In this document: piece after piece, positions 61,050 to 61,889 of the stretch
Layout of the letters: the number at the start of each line of letters is the position of its first letter
Numbering within the stretch: position 1 is the first letter of the stretch
Assembly: GCA_001938485.1 (NCBI GenBank)
Contig: MQRK01207513.1
Span: 4,162-66,050 of the forward strand
Reading direction: 5' to 3'
DNA from: Girardia tigrina
Taxonomy: Eukaryota
DNA length: 61,889 nucleotides
Translations under genes and position numbers: made by a program
Notes under the pieces: model-generated
What the model was told of the DNA's origin: nothing
What the model saw: only the letters and a program-made list of their open reading frames with translations
Database searches by the model: none

Positions 61050-61889
61050 TATGTCAAGTTTATGGAAAAGGCTTGGAGTTCTTGTAAGTAGACTTTCGAG
61101 GGTGCTAAACTTATGGAGAATCTTGTTGGAGGAACCAGCAGTAATCAGCAATCAAAACACTACTCCGTGGACCTTGGTAGTGTGACTTCATTAAAAGGAT
61201 TTCCTGGTGGAAACACTCTTCATGTTCATCACTGACTTCGCCAAAACATTCAGAGAAAAGTCAGTATGTGAATCAAGAAGATAAATTATAAGTAGATTAT
61301 AAGTAAATTATAAGAAGATAAATTATTATGTAAATTATACATGTTACATTCCATTTTTTATGCTACATTCCATATACTGCTCCACAACTTCTTTGTAATT
61401 AATAGATTTATTACTTCCCAAGAAAATCGCAACAAGAGATTTGAACGCTACCCTTGCATCAAGATCTTTTCCATTTAATAGGTCTTGAAAATTTTCATCA
61501 TGTTTTACTTTTCGGATCTGAGGGCCCACAAATATTTCTACTTTTATTTTAGCATCACTGATTTGCGGAAACATGGAACGGAGATATGTAAAGGCATCAC
61601 TGAATATAATCAGTTATTTGTCTTTTTTAGATATTTAAAGTTAAAAAAATTTGTTAATAAGTGTTTTACGAAACTCTTCTTTGTTTTTGTTTTTTTTGCC
61701 CACTTTTGCATATTTAAACTTATTCATATATAACTTCTTTAATTCTTTAATCTTTGACTTTCTTTTTAGTTTGTTTTATACAGGGTTATCATAAAGTAAC
61801 TAGAGTTTTAAAACCACTTTAATATTTCGTAGAAATAGTGGAAAACACAAAACAAATTGAAAAATGTATTCAGTTATATTTCGGATTTA
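61050..61889 (-). mobile_element. DNA transposase pseudogene, probably Chapaev3/CMC-type, running off the window end
   Basis: FPQISDAKIKVEIFVGPQIRK...FLGSNK...SHTDF..GEVSDEHEECFHQEI..YQG...ADYCW. The protein family is recognisable; the superfamily label is from memory. Confidence 0.7.

Overview
AT-rich, intron-containing animal (invertebrate-like) genomic DNA with several assembly gaps. I found no prokaryotic features, rRNA, tRNA or CRISPR. Two host genes can be spliced by hand with GT-AG boundaries and consistent phases, and they lie head-to-head. (1) A 4-exon claudin/PMP22-EMP-family tetraspan gene on the minus strand (18815->3646, 250 aa). (2) A 9-exon Notch-ligand-like type I membrane protein gene on the plus strand (21477->58547, 492 aa): signal peptide, C2/MNNL-like domain, truncated DSL fused to one EGF, Ser/Thr stalk, TM helix and a tyrosine-motif tail. 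Their large introns are filled with transposon relics (Tc1/mariner, IS630-like, hAT, MULE, Chapaev-like, piggyBac-type MITEs, Gypsy, NeSL/Utopia-like, Penelope). The most notable accessory features are four. First, a TSD-verified Mutator element carrying an internally deleted LSm3 gene copy (an animal Pack-MULE). Second, a NeSL/Utopia-type retrotransposon with two tandem Ulp1 protease domains, one lacking the catalytic residues. Third, several minimal type I hammerhead ribozyme motifs, including an inverted pair next to a Penelope GIY-YIG remnant. Fourth, a Gypsy element apparently chimeric between two lineages, with the junction inside RT. All family assignments come from motif recognition by eye, not from database searches.
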